The notes under the pieces were generated by a model that was not told where the DNA came from, did not search any database, and was given only the letters and a program-made list of their open reading frames with translations. Shown in pieces: positions 1 to 7,770 of a stretch of 64,000 nucleotides of DNA. Made by a program: the position numbers and the translations under genes. The first letter of the stretch is position 1, and the number at the start of each line of letters is the position of its first letter. Origin of the DNA: Polyangiaceae bacterium (lineage in GTDB: Bacteria; Myxococcota_A; Polyangia; Polyangiales; Polyangiaceae); contig JABFXY010000067.1 of assembly GCA_013361525.1 (NCBI GenBank), positions 4,387 through 68,386 of the forward strand, read 5' to 3'.

Positions 1-1248
1 GCCCGGCGGCGTGATGAGCCGGACGAAGTGCCGCATCAGCTCGAGCGGCTTCACGGTCGGGTGATCGTTGTCTTCGCCGCGCTCGGCGCGCGACGCCTTG
101 GCGCAGTAGAAGAAGCGCGAAGCGCCACCGCGATCGCCGATCGTGTCGCTTGCTACAAGTCCACTAAGGTCGTTGTAGATCCGGTTCCCAGCGCGCATCG
201 TGCCTGCTGCCATGAAGCCGCTCTTCAGCTCGCCGCTCTGCTCGTCGAGGATGCGGATCGGGCAGTCGTCGTGACAGCGCCAATCCTCTACGGTCTCGAA
301 GCCATCCGGCGCGAGCTCCTGAGCACGTGCGCGCGCGGCGCCCGCCTGATGGGCGAATCCAGCGCCGGGGAACCACGCCGGCCCTGCCTCTGGCGCTGGC
401 CCTGCGACGTTCGAACCGCGCACCTTTTTGCTGCCGAGCAGCTCGCAGTCGGAGTGGTGTTCGAGCGTGACGTTCGCCGGCCACCTCCCCTTTGGGTGGC
501 AGTTGATTCCGGTACCCGGCGGCGCCGCGATCTTCGGTGCGTCCGGCTTCGCCGAATGACCGCTGCGCTTCCAAGATTCGGGGCGCTCGCTCCAGTCGGT
601 GAAGACGCGTCCGGCGTCGATGTTGATCGCGCCGGTGCGGTGCGCGAGAACGTTGGCCGCGACGGTTCCGTCGAGCGGCTTGCGCACCAGGATCCAATGC
701 TCAGCCGCAGGCTTTAGCGCCGTACCCCAGCCGTCCCATTCGCGCGCGGCCTCGGTGGCAGCAGCGGTGACAGGAACCTCCTTCGCCGGCGCGGTGCCAA
801 CGCCTACGCCGTAGGTGCCGCGCTTTTCCTTGGTCGAGAGCGCCGCGTTGCCGGTGAGCTTTCGGGTACCGACGACGGGCCGCGTCGCGCCGGCCGCCTT
901 GTCGATCGCCTTGCTCACGTCGAGCGACTTCGGCATCCCCTGCGCGAAGATGTGGACGCCGACGTCGCGGATCTCGAAGCCCGCGTCCTCGAGCGCGGTC
1001 GCGGTCCAGTGCGACGTGCGCGGCAACGCCCAGACGAGCCCATGCGCACCCGGCTTCAGTACCTCGAGTGCGCGACGGAAGCGCACCGCCCAGTACCGGA
1101 TCCACTGCGTGCGCCCGCCGCGATCCTTGTCCCATTCCTTGCCCATGAAGCCGATGCCGGAGGGCGGGTCGCAGAGGAGCGCGTCGACCGAGCAAGGCTC
1201 GAGCTTCGGCAGGACCCAGAAGCAGTCGCCGTGGTGGAGCGAGATCAT
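1..1248 (-). CDS. DNA methyltransferase (N6-adenine/N4-cytosine type), C-terminus runs off the left edge
   Basis: Absent from the ORF track (no stop inside window). I checked frame 1248->1 triplet by triplet and found no stop. ATG at 1248-1246. Translation starts MISLHHGDCFWVLPKLEPCSVDALLCDPPSGIGFMGKEW (DPPY-like motif IV) and ends RFFYCAKASRAERGEDNDHPTVKPLELMRHFVRLITPPG. Confidence 0.8.
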   Translation of the reverse strand, partial: MISLHHGDCFWVLPKLEPCSVDALLCDPPSGIGFMGKEWDKDRGGRTQWIRYWAVRFRRALEVLKPGAHGLVWALPRTSHWTATALEDAGFEIRDVGVHIFAQGMPKSLDVSKAIDKAAGATRPVVGTRKLTGNAALSTKEKRGTYGVGVGTAPAKEVPVTAAATEAAREWDGWGTALKPAAEHWILVRKPLDGTVAANVLAHRTGAINIDAGRVFTDWSERPESWKRSGHSAKPDAPKIAAPPGTGINCHPKGRWPANVTLEHHSDCELLGSKKVRGSNVAGPAPEAGPAWFPGAGFAHQAGAARARAQELAPDGFETVEDWRCHDDCPIRILDEQSGELKSGFMAAGTMRAGNRIYNDLSGLVASDTIGDRGGASRFFYCAKASRAERGEDNDHPTVKPLELMRHFVRLITPPG

Positions 1249-1520
1249 CGCGACCACCGCCGCTTCGGAATCCGCCGCCCATCACGCCGCGCCTTCGCGT
1301 CCACATCGCGCACGTGTGCTCGTGCGGTTTCGAGCAGGCTCTTGCAGAGCCGGACCTGCGCGCGTGTGAGCTCGTACTCGAGCGCGATCTGATCAACGGT
1401 GTAGCCGGCGTCGAGCCAGGACCAGACGTCGATCGGTTGGATCCGCCGGCCGGTGATGGTCGGGCGGCCGCCGCAGACGCCGCGGGTACGGGTGATGGAG
1501 GCGGGAAGGGGAGGGCTCAA
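1245..1520 (-). CDS. DUF433-like small protein
   Basis: Track ORF. RGVCGGRPTITGRRIQPIDVWSWLDAGYTVDQIALEYELTRAQV matches the DUF433 pattern (GKP-I-GTRI, AG-s-eeI, yp-Lt). TTG start overlaps the int ORF stop (TTGA). Its stop overlaps the MTase ATG (ATGA). Confidence 0.65.
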   Translation of the reverse strand: MSPPLPASITRTRGVCGGRPTITGRRIQPIDVWSWLDAGYTVDQIALEYELTRAQVRLCKSLLETARAHVRDVDAKARRDGRRIPKRRWSR

Positions 1521-2818
1521 GCCGTCCTCTTCTTTCCCACCGGCTTCCCACCAGCATCGTGCCGCTCGGCAGCGCGGCCCAATTGGTCAGGTCTTTTCGA
1601 CGGTTGCGGCCACCAGCCGGAGCCGTGAACGTGGCTTGAAAATCCCCGTGTCCCTGGTTCGATTCCGGGTCCAGGCACCCCGAGTGGCCGCTTTTCGCGG
1701 CCTTTTTGCTGTCGGTCTGTTCGGCGAGTCCTGCCGTTTCCGCCCTTTCGGCCCCCTTCCTTTCCCACCGGCTTCCCACGGTCGTTGGAGAACCAACGAA
1801 GTGCCCAGTCGAGGGCTTCCTTGCCGTCGGGAACCGCGTAGACCTCGTCGAGCATCTTCGTTCCTTTGTGGCCGAACACGAGCGCCGCAATCTCTTTCGG
1901 CATCCCGTCTCGGCGTAGCCAGTGGGCGGTGGTTCGGCGGAAGTCGTTCGTGCTGCAGGGGGCGATCTCGACGCGCTCGCACGCCGCGTGGATGTCGCGC
2001 CGGATGTTCGGCCACGGCGCGAAGAGGTTCTCGCCCTCGCCCTTGCCATGCTCGAGCGCGTAGGCGACCAGCTCCTCTTGCCACGGGAAGACGAGGGGAA
2101 CGTCCCGCAGGCGCTTCGCGGTCTTGGTGCCCCGGATGTGGACGAGCCGGCCGGCGACGTCGTTGCGCTGCGCCTTGTCGGCCTCGCCGAAGTTGGCGCT
2201 CGTCGCCACGCTGTAGGCCACGCGCGCGGCGCGGTCCTCGGTGAGCGTGCCGAGGAGGAGGCGGAGCTCTGGCTCCGGCAGCCAGCGCGTCCCGGGTGTG
2301 TACTCCGGCGAGAAGTCGAGGGGGAGAATCACCCTGTGGTCTCCGGCCCAGAGCCCGCGGCGCTTGGCGATCCTGAGCGCAGCTCGAAGCGCGCCGAGCT
2401 CCTTCGCGATCGTTGCTTCGGCGGTACCGACCGCGCGGCGCGCATCGATGTACTTGTCGACCTCCTGCGCGGTGAGACGAGCGAGGACGAAGTCGTCGCC
2501 AAAGTGCGCGCGAAGCTGGGCGCACTTCTTCTTGTAGTACGCGACCGTGTCGGCCGAACGCTTGCCTGCGCGAACGAGTGCTTCACGGTCGGCGATCAGG
2601 AGGGCGAGGGTTGCTTCGAGCGTCGTCGATTGGGCGGCCGCGGCAACGGGATCGGCGAATCGTCTTTCCAGATTGGCGAGATAGAGCTTCGCAGCTGCAC
2701 GATCTGTGCACCCCGTCGACCGCTTGACGATCTTGCCCGTCTCGTCTTTGGCCCAGCAGTAGAGGGTCTTGCTGAGCTTTCCGTTTCGGAGCTTTCTTCG
2801 GAAGAGGTGGTCGGACAT
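1517..2818 (-). CDS. int: tyrosine recombinase / phage integrase; last ~100 codons are read-through across the att/tRNA fragment
   Basis: Contains IRGTKTAKRLRDVPLV, HDFRRTTAHWL and VFGHKGTKMLDEVYAV (H-x-x-R, H, catalytic Y boxes). No in-frame stop after the catalytic Tyr until 1517, so the ORF translates the tRNA fragment (PGIEPGTRGF). Confidence 0.9.
   Translation of the reverse strand: MSDHLFRRKLRNGKLSKTLYCWAKDETGKIVKRSTGCTDRAAAKLYLANLERRFADPVAAAAQSTTLEATLALLIADREALVRAGKRSADTVAYYKKKCAQLRAHFGDDFVLARLTAQEVDKYIDARRAVGTAEATIAKELGALRAALRIAKRRGLWAGDHRVILPLDFSPEYTPGTRWLPEPELRLLLGTLTEDRAARVAYSVATSANFGEADKAQRNDVAGRLVHIRGTKTAKRLRDVPLVFPWQEELVAYALEHGKGEGENLFAPWPNIRRDIHAACERVEIAPCSTNDFRRTTAHWLRRDGMPKEIAALVFGHKGTKMLDEVYAVPDGKEALDWALRWFSNDRGKPVGKEGGRKGGNGRTRRTDRQQKGREKRPLGVPGPGIEPGTRGFSSHVHGSGWWPQPSKRPDQLGRAAERHDAGGKPVGKKRTA
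1532..1551. repeat. 20-bp direct repeat copy 1 (CTTTCCCACCGGCTTCCCAC), candidate arm-type site
   Basis: Exact 20/20 match to 1760-1779. Lies ~115 bp left of the tRNA-fragment core. Confidence 0.7.
1636..1679 (+). other. 3' half of tRNA-Phe(GAA), from anticodon loop to acceptor end; att core candidate
   Basis: TTGAAAATCCCCGTGTCCCTGGTTCGATTCCGGGTCCAGGCACC is nearly identical to the 3' half of E. coli tRNA-Phe. The upstream sequence (GTGGC) cannot form the anticodon-stem or acceptor partner (GCCTGGA is absent), so only the 3' half is present. Confidence 0.8.
1686..1707 (+). terminator. intrinsic terminator after the tRNA fragment
   Basis: GGCCGC-TTTTC-GCGGCC hairpin followed by TTTTT. Confidence 0.75.
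1760..1779. repeat. 20-bp direct repeat copy 2 (CTTTCCCACCGGCTTCCCAC)
   Basis: Exact copy of 1532-1551, ~113 bp right of the core centre. Both copies encode GKPVGK in the int frame. Confidence 0.7.
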
Positions 2819-3009
2819 CCGGCGATCCTTGCGACGTAGGCGTTCCAGGCGGAGAGAAGAACACGCGAGGCGCCGCGCTCGCCAGGCTTGCGGCCGAGCG
2901 CCTTCCTGATGTGCTCGTAGGCCGCGGTCTTCCCGCAGCCAAGCTGTTCCATCACATCATGAGGGGTGACGGTGGGCTCGAGTTGGAAAGGAAGGACGCG
3001 AGCCGTCAT
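2596..3009 (-). CDS. small HTH protein in excisionase position (Xis/AlpA-like), 3' end uncertain
   Basis: Internal ATG at 3009 of track ORF 2596..3453. MTARVLPFQLEPTVTPHDVMEQLGCGKTAAYEHIRKALG looks like an HTH. The frame has no stop until 2596, giving a ~220-nt overlap with int. Confidence 0.45.
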   Translation of the reverse strand: MTARVLPFQLEPTVTPHDVMEQLGCGKTAAYEHIRKALGRKPGERGASRVLLSAWNAYVARIAGCPTTSSEESSETESSARPSTAGPKTRRARSSSGRRGAQIVQLRSSISPIWKDDSPIPLPRPPNRRRSKQPSPS

Positions 3010-4004
3010 GGTGCGGACCCGTGTTGTGGCGCGAGTCGAGCGTTCTCCGCCAAGATGAAGCGACGCAGCGCGCCCTTGGCCAAGAACCACTCGCCGACGA
3101 CCCGAAGCGGTTTGAAAGTCTGGTGTTGCCGCGACTCTTCCGCGCCCGGGTCGGGGCTGTCGATCCAGTTGCAGAGAACGAGCTTGTGAGGCGCCGCGGT
3201 CTGCAATTCGCTGATTCGTTTGCGGATGTTCTTCGCCTTCCCGATCTTCACGCGATCGTCTGCGGCAACGAAGTACACGCCGCTCGTCTCGGGCGGGGTG
3301 AGGGGAACCAGGCTCGAGCTGCAGGCGTGCTTTGCAGACTTGGTCCCGAGGCCTCGAGCTCGCAGGCATGCGGCGATGAACGCGGCGACCTTGCGCTCGA
3401 TGAACTCGCTTTGATCGGCCAGGTCGCAGGCCAAGCACTCGTCGCTGTCGCACTCCTCTTCCTCATCGTCGTCGCGGTCTCTGCCATCACAACCGATGCA
3501 GTCCGCGTCGTCGCAGTCTTCGAGATGCCCGCCAGCGTAGACGTGAGGATGTGCCTGGAGCTCTCGCAGCTCCTGGATCGTGATGAGGCTCGGGTCGCAC
3601 TCTTGGTCGATTGTCCAGAAGAGCCGACCGGTTTCGCCATGGTATCGCGAGTGCCCGTCCTTGACCGAGAAGTGCGGGTAACGGCTGTTCGACCAGAGCC
3701 ACGGACCGAAGCTCCAATCGTCCGCAATCTCGCGCATAGCTGCGTCGACAGCAGTCTCGCCGAGAATCGGTAGGCGCCGTCGCGTCGATCGCCAAAGGCC
3801 AAGGGTAGGGGGCATCCACCTGTTGCCAGAGTGGTCGAGCGTCTCGCCACCATGCGCGGCCTCCTGAAACGCGGACTGTCGTCGGAACAGGTCCTTTGGC
3901 TCGGCGAATTCTTCGCGCCTCACCTCGTTGTCGCTCTCGTCGACAAGGACGAGGGTCCACGTGTGGCAAACGTCGCGACGCCAGGGTGTGCTGATTCGGC
4001 TCAT
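3006..4004 (-). CDS. T5orf172 (MUG113, GIY-YIG-like) domain protein with unknown N-terminal domain and Cys/Asp-rich linker
   Basis: C-terminus reads GVYFVAADDRVKIGKAKNIRKRISELQTAAPHKLVL...VVGEWF, the T5orf172 pattern. Start trimmed to ATG 4004, which overlaps the upstream stop (ATGA). Confidence 0.7.
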   Translation of the reverse strand: MSRISTPWRRDVCHTWTLVLVDESDNEVRREEFAEPKDLFRRQSAFQEAAHGGETLDHSGNRWMPPTLGLWRSTRRRLPILGETAVDAAMREIADDWSFGPWLWSNSRYPHFSVKDGHSRYHGETGRLFWTIDQECDPSLITIQELRELQAHPHVYAGGHLEDCDDADCIGCDGRDRDDDEEEECDSDECLACDLADQSEFIERKVAAFIAACLRARGLGTKSAKHACSSSLVPLTPPETSGVYFVAADDRVKIGKAKNIRKRISELQTAAPHKLVLCNWIDSPDPGAEESRQHQTFKPLRVVGEWFLAKGALRRFILAENARLAPQHGSAP

Positions 4005-4366
4005 AGCTTCACAAACTCCGCCCCACCACAGAACCGCCAAACCTCGCCCGTCACAAACGTCTTCGCCCACTCGCCGAGGAGCGCCTCGAGGTCGCGCTTC
4101 GCGTCCTCGGGAATCGTCACCTCGCGCCCGGTCTCCTCTTGGAGCGTCTCCTGGAACTCCTCGAGCAGCGACCACGTCGAGAACATGTCGGCGAGCACCG
4201 CCGGCGCGAACCCCTGCAGCCGGATCTCCTTCTCGCCCGGCCAAGCCTTGCGACCGGCCTCGATTGCCTCGTCGCGGCTCTTGAGGAGAGCGGTGTAGCC
4301 CTCGGGATCCTCCTCCGCGAGGATGTGGCTTGCCTGCCAACGGCTGGGCCTCACGTCGGTGCTCAT
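4001..4366 (-). CDS. hypothetical protein
   Basis: Track ORF 4001..4384. ATG 4366 overlaps the upstream stop (ATGA). Acidic, plausible composition; no motif recognised. Confidence 0.5.
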   Translation of the reverse strand: MSTDVRPSRWQASHILAEEDPEGYTALLKSRDEAIEAGRKAWPGEKEIRLQGFAPAVLADMFSTWSLLEEFQETLQEETGREVTIPEDAKRDLEALLGEWAKTFVTGEVWRFCGGAEFVKL

Positions 4367-4821
4367 CGTCCCATGCGCCTCCACGCCCTGTGCAGATCTG
4401 CCAGCGTCCGCTTCGATTGCACGAGCGCCGAATAGAGCAGCCGCTGCTCGGCCAAGATGTAGAAGGCCTGGTCGTGCGCCTTCACGCGGACGCGCGTGTT
4501 CTTCGGTCCAACCTCAAGCAACCCCCACCGCTCCGGGAGATCGCTCGGCTTCAGCAATCCGGGCAACGTGAGGTAGTACCGCTCGCGCCCCATGCCCATC
4601 GTCGGATGGATGCGGTGCGGCTTCTGCGCGTCGGCGAGGAAGTCAGCGCGCGACACCTTGCATTCGACGAGGATGGAGCGCCCCGGCCCAGCCCATCCGA
4701 TTGCGTCCGGGCTTTCAAAGGTTCCGGTAGCCGCGGTGGCGGCCTCGGTGATGACGAAGCCACAGCCCTGCGAGAGCTCGAGCCAGCGGGCCGCGCGCTT
4801 GACGAGGGCAGCGTGGTTCAC
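4363..4821 (-). CDS. MmcB-like PD-(D/E)XK nuclease-fold protein
   Basis: PDAIGWAGPGRSILVECKVSRADFLADAQKP fits the D...(E/V)xK core typical of the MmcB family. GTG start overlaps the upstream stop (GTGA). Confidence 0.55.
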   Translation of the reverse strand: MNHAALVKRAARWLELSQGCGFVITEAATAATGTFESPDAIGWAGPGRSILVECKVSRADFLADAQKPHRIHPTMGMGRERYYLTLPGLLKPSDLPERWGLLEVGPKNTRVRVKAHDQAFYILAEQRLLYSALVQSKRTLADLHRAWRRMGR

Positions 4822-5663
4822 GTCGTCGCCGCCTTCCTCGCCGACTTCGGTTCCCGCCGCTCAGCACGTCGCAGGTGCAACTCGTCGTGCGAGAACGAGA
4901 TCACCCAGGTCCACGGGTTCTGGATCCACATCGACCGCCGGAACGCGGTGTCCCACTGCACCGCAAACGCCAGCGTGTGCGGGTGCGTCCCGTGCGTTCG
5001 GCTCGTGTCCTCGCCGAGGATGCGCTGCTCGGCCGCGATGCACTCGAGCGGCTTCACGCCGAGCGCGCGAGCATCGGCCTCGGTCACGTGCTGAATCCGC
5101 TCGAGGCGAACACTCGAGACGTTCAGCGTCAGCCGCGAAAGAGCGCGCGGCATCGACGATGCGCTGTTCCAGCCGTACGTGCCTGCGACGCGCCGGCTCT
5201 TCGCTTCCTCGTCCTTGTGCCAAGCCCGATAGGTCGCGCGATCCGGGTCGCCAGACCAGCAGCGCCACGCCTCCTTCACCCAAAGTTGCTGCCGGCCGTG
5301 CGGCGCGATCGTCCACTGCTTCCCGCTCTCGAACGTCGAAAGGTGCGTGTTGCCTTCGACGAACGGGCACAGAAAGTCGAACTCCTCTGGCTTCACGCCG
5401 AGGCGCTTCGGGTCTTCGTCCTCGTCGAGCTCGGCGAGGAGGATGCTAACGGCGCCGTAGGGGTTCAGCGCGACCGGGTGCACGCCCTCGCGGGCGGAGA
5501 GCGCGCGATCCGCTCCCATCTCGAAGAAGAAGTCCGACCGCACCGGCCGGCGGGTGAGCACGCAAAGGCGGCTCTCGTCGACCGGGCGCCGCAGCTGCGT
5601 TTGCCGGCCCTCGGCGATCGCCTGTGCCTCCTCGTCGCGGAGGATGATGGGACGGATCGTCAT
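4818..5663 (-). CDS. ASCH-type domain protein (paralog of 6171..6887)
   Basis: Start trimmed to ATG 5663. MTIRPIILRDEEAQAIAEGRQTQLRRP, LWVKEAW, SMPRALSRLTLNVSSVRLERIQHVTEADARALG and NPWTWVISF parallel the 6171..6887 protein. Confidence 0.6.
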   Translation of the reverse strand: MTIRPIILRDEEAQAIAEGRQTQLRRPVDESRLCVLTRRPVRSDFFFEMGADRALSAREGVHPVALNPYGAVSILLAELDEDEDPKRLGVKPEEFDFLCPFVEGNTHLSTFESGKQWTIAPHGRQQLWVKEAWRCWSGDPDRATYRAWHKDEEAKSRRVAGTYGWNSASSMPRALSRLTLNVSSVRLERIQHVTEADARALGVKPLECIAAEQRILGEDTSRTHGTHPHTLAFAVQWDTAFRRSMWIQNPWTWVISFSHDELHLRRAERREPKSARKAATT

Positions 5664-5947
5664 TGCTTCGCTGCCAATCGCGCCGCGCGCCGCTTCCTCG
5701 CCTGCTCGCGCCCCGGGACGAACACGGCGCCGGCGGCGATCGCCGCCTCGCGACGCTTCTCCGTGAGGTCGTAGTGAGGCATCGACTGCTCTTGAAACCA
5801 CGCCCGCCGCATTCCGACCTTCGTCGCCATCGCGTGCAGTTCGTCGAGCGTGTCGGCGGTCAGATGGCAGCTGCCGGCGCGGAAGCACCGCGGCACCTTC
5901 GCGCCCGGCGGATGCCAGATGCGGAACTCGTCGACGTAGACGGTCAT
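5660..5947 (-). CDS. DUF4031-like protein
   Basis: CHLTADTLDELHAMATKVGMRRAWFQEQSMPHYDLTEKRREAAIAAGA matches the DUF4031 signature (H..sD..eLh.fA..iG....fq....PHYD). ATGA overlaps on both sides. Confidence 0.6.
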   Translation of the reverse strand: MTVYVDEFRIWHPPGAKVPRCFRAGSCHLTADTLDELHAMATKVGMRRAWFQEQSMPHYDLTEKRREAAIAAGAVFVPGREQARKRRAARLAAKQ

Positions 5948-6174
5948 CGCCCAAGCTCTCCCATTACGCGGTGGAGCGAATCGTGTAGTTCGTCGGCCTT
6001 CTCCTTCAGCTCCTCGTAGCGCCTCGCCAAGACGAGCGGGTTTTGGTGGCACTCGAAGGCCTGGTGGTCCGTGTCGCCGCACACAGCGCAGTTCCGACCG
6101 TCGGGCGCGAGTTGCGTCGCCGCGAGGCTGAGATCAGCGAGCGCGCGGTCGTAGTCCGCTTTGGTGAACTTCAC
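5944..6174 (-). CDS. hypothetical small Cys/His protein
   Basis: GTG 6174 overlaps the upstream stop (GTGA). Contains CAVCGDTDHQAFEC, a possible zinc knuckle. Confidence 0.45.
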   Translation of the reverse strand: MKFTKADYDRALADLSLAATQLAPDGRNCAVCGDTDHQAFECHQNPLVLARRYEELKEKADELHDSLHRVMGELGR

Positions 6175-6887
6175 GCCGCCTTCGCTCCTTCCTGCACGCG
6201 AGCGAACGACACGACCCAGACATGTGGATTGCTCTGCCACGAAGCCCGCTCACCGTTGATTCGGTCCCAGAGCTTCGCGAAGGCCTTCCGCGGGTCGACC
6301 TCCCACTCTTGCCAGTGCTGGCCGTCGTCATCCTCTCCGGGCAGTCCGTCGCGATCCGGGATCCCGAACTTCCAGGTGATGCCGCCGTCCTTCGTGAGCT
6401 TCTTCAGCCCCTCGGCGCGCGCGTCATCCTCGGTGATGTCCTGCAAGCGTTCGACGCGAACCGAGGCGACGTCGAGATCGATCCGCGATGCCCAGCGGGG
6501 CATGTGGATCGAGGGGCGCCAGCGGTCGGGCTCGTAGTCGCTCGCGAGGTAGAAGCGCTCGGCCATGTCCACGCGCCACGCGGCTTGCCGGTCGGCCTTC
6601 CAGACGACGCGATCGCCGTCGATCGGATCGATCTTTCCGAGTTCTTCGAGAGCCCACGTCTCGCGCACCCACAGCCGATCGCCGGCGACCCCGTACGGGG
6701 AGCGAAAGTCGCCATCCATCGGGTCGCCGTCCTCGTCGGCGGGGCCCCATTCGAGCGCCACACCGCCCGCGCTGATGCAGTACACGTGCGGCGCATCTGT
6801 TCGGAGGATCCGCCGCGTCTGCGTCTTCCGTCCCTCGATGATGGCGCGCACCATCGGACCGCTGAAGATGATCGGCCGCTCTTTCAT
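6171..6887 (-). CDS. ASCH-type domain protein
   Basis: MKERPIIFSGPMVRAIIEGRKTQTRRI, LWVRETW, HMPRWASRIDLDVASVRVERLQDITEDDARAEG. A common phage ASCH-like family. Confidence 0.65.
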   Translation of the reverse strand: MKERPIIFSGPMVRAIIEGRKTQTRRILRTDAPHVYCISAGGVALEWGPADEDGDPMDGDFRSPYGVAGDRLWVRETWALEELGKIDPIDGDRVVWKADRQAAWRVDMAERFYLASDYEPDRWRPSIHMPRWASRIDLDVASVRVERLQDITEDDARAEGLKKLTKDGGITWKFGIPDRDGLPGEDDDGQHWQEWEVDPRKAFAKLWDRINGERASWQSNPHVWVVSFARVQEGAKAA

Positions 6888-7450
6888 GCCGTCCCCGCTC
6901 CCTTCCAGTTCACTCCAACGAACCGCCCATCGCGCATGATCGGCTCGGCCTCAGGCACGTCGAACCAGCCCTGCTTCCCGACGTACGGCCGGAACTGGAG
7001 CGGAATGACGTTCTTCAGGACGAGCGCGAAACCGCCGAACCACCACCGTCGCTGGTCGAGCTCGATGCGCTTGTAATGGTGCGGGTAGACCGTCTGGCTG
7101 AGGTCGTAGGTCGCCATGTCTTGCTCGCCCTTGATGACGTCGACGACCTCCGCAACTCCGATGATCCCTCCCCGGTGGAGGCTCGGGCGCGGCAGCCAGA
7201 TCGCCTGCCGTTTGATCGTCGTGATGTCGAGGTGCTCGTCGCGGAAGCGCAGCGCCGTCGCTTCGTCGACGGTGTTCGTGACCCGCTCGGCGGCGTCGTG
7301 GAACTGCCGTCGCGTTCCGACGCCCAAGGCCGCGTGAATCAGGAACGGGCCGCGGACGTTGCAGGCGGTCCACTGCTCGCGGTTCTCGATCCGCTTCCCC
7401 AGGTGGACGACGGAGAATGCCCACGGCTGCCAAACGCTTAGTGCTCTCAT
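6884..7450 (-). CDS. ASCH domain protein (second subtype)
   Basis: Start trimmed to ATG 7450. MRALSVWQPWAFSVVHLGKRIENREQWT...GPFLIHAA is the typical ASCH N-terminus. Confidence 0.6.
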   Translation of the reverse strand: MRALSVWQPWAFSVVHLGKRIENREQWTACNVRGPFLIHAALGVGTRRQFHDAAERVTNTVDEATALRFRDEHLDITTIKRQAIWLPRPSLHRGGIIGVAEVVDVIKGEQDMATYDLSQTVYPHHYKRIELDQRRWWFGGFALVLKNVIPLQFRPYVGKQGWFDVPEAEPIMRDGRFVGVNWKGAGTA

Positions 7451-7770
7451 CGCTCCTCCGAAAGCTTCTGCAGCACCCGCACCTCGTCGGCCCAGTCGCA
7501 CTCACGGTTGCGCCGGTAGCCCTCGTGCCGGTGCTCTTCGCAGCGCTCTGGCTCGTGGCTCGCGGTGCCGTAGAGCGCGAGCTCGTCGCAGCAGGTGTCG
7601 CTCCCGGGATGCACGTAGCCGCACCTCGGGAGCGCCTCGAACAGCGCACTCGCGGCGGCCTCGAGCTTCTCCGCCCGTGCCAGCTTCTCGGCAGCTCGCT
7701 CGCAGATGCCGTTGACGAAGAGGTTCACGTCGACGTTCCTGAGCGCCTTGATGTGGTCGGCGTAGGTCAT
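7447..7770 (-). CDS. hypothetical protein
   Basis: Track ORF with 4-nt overlaps on both sides. Cys/His-rich C-terminal half. Confidence 0.5.
   Translation of the reverse strand: MTYADHIKALRNVDVNLFVNGICERAAEKLARAEKLEAAASALFEALPRCGYVHPGSDTCCDELALYGTASHEPERCEEHRHEGYRRNRECDWADEVRVLQKLSEER

Noticed and set aside
28-1396. Track ORFs 28..717(+), 164..697(-), 599..814(+), 701..1396(-), 815..1369(+) and 952..1392(+)
   Set aside because: They give Arg/Ala/Gly/Pro-rich junk translations. The untracked minus-strand frame ending at 1248 gives clean methyltransferase motifs and explains the whole region.
1590-1680. A complete tRNA gene at the att-like site
   Set aside because: Only the anticodon loop through the acceptor 3' strand match tRNA-Phe. 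No GCCTGGA acceptor partner, D arm or anticodon-stem 5' strand can be found upstream.
1393-2839. Overlapping ORFs 1393..2049(-), 1453..2244(+), 1587..2525(-) and 1922..2839(+) around the integrase
   Set aside because: These are alternative frames of a GC-rich region with Arg/Pro/Ala-dominated products. The integrase frame carries the recombinase boxes.
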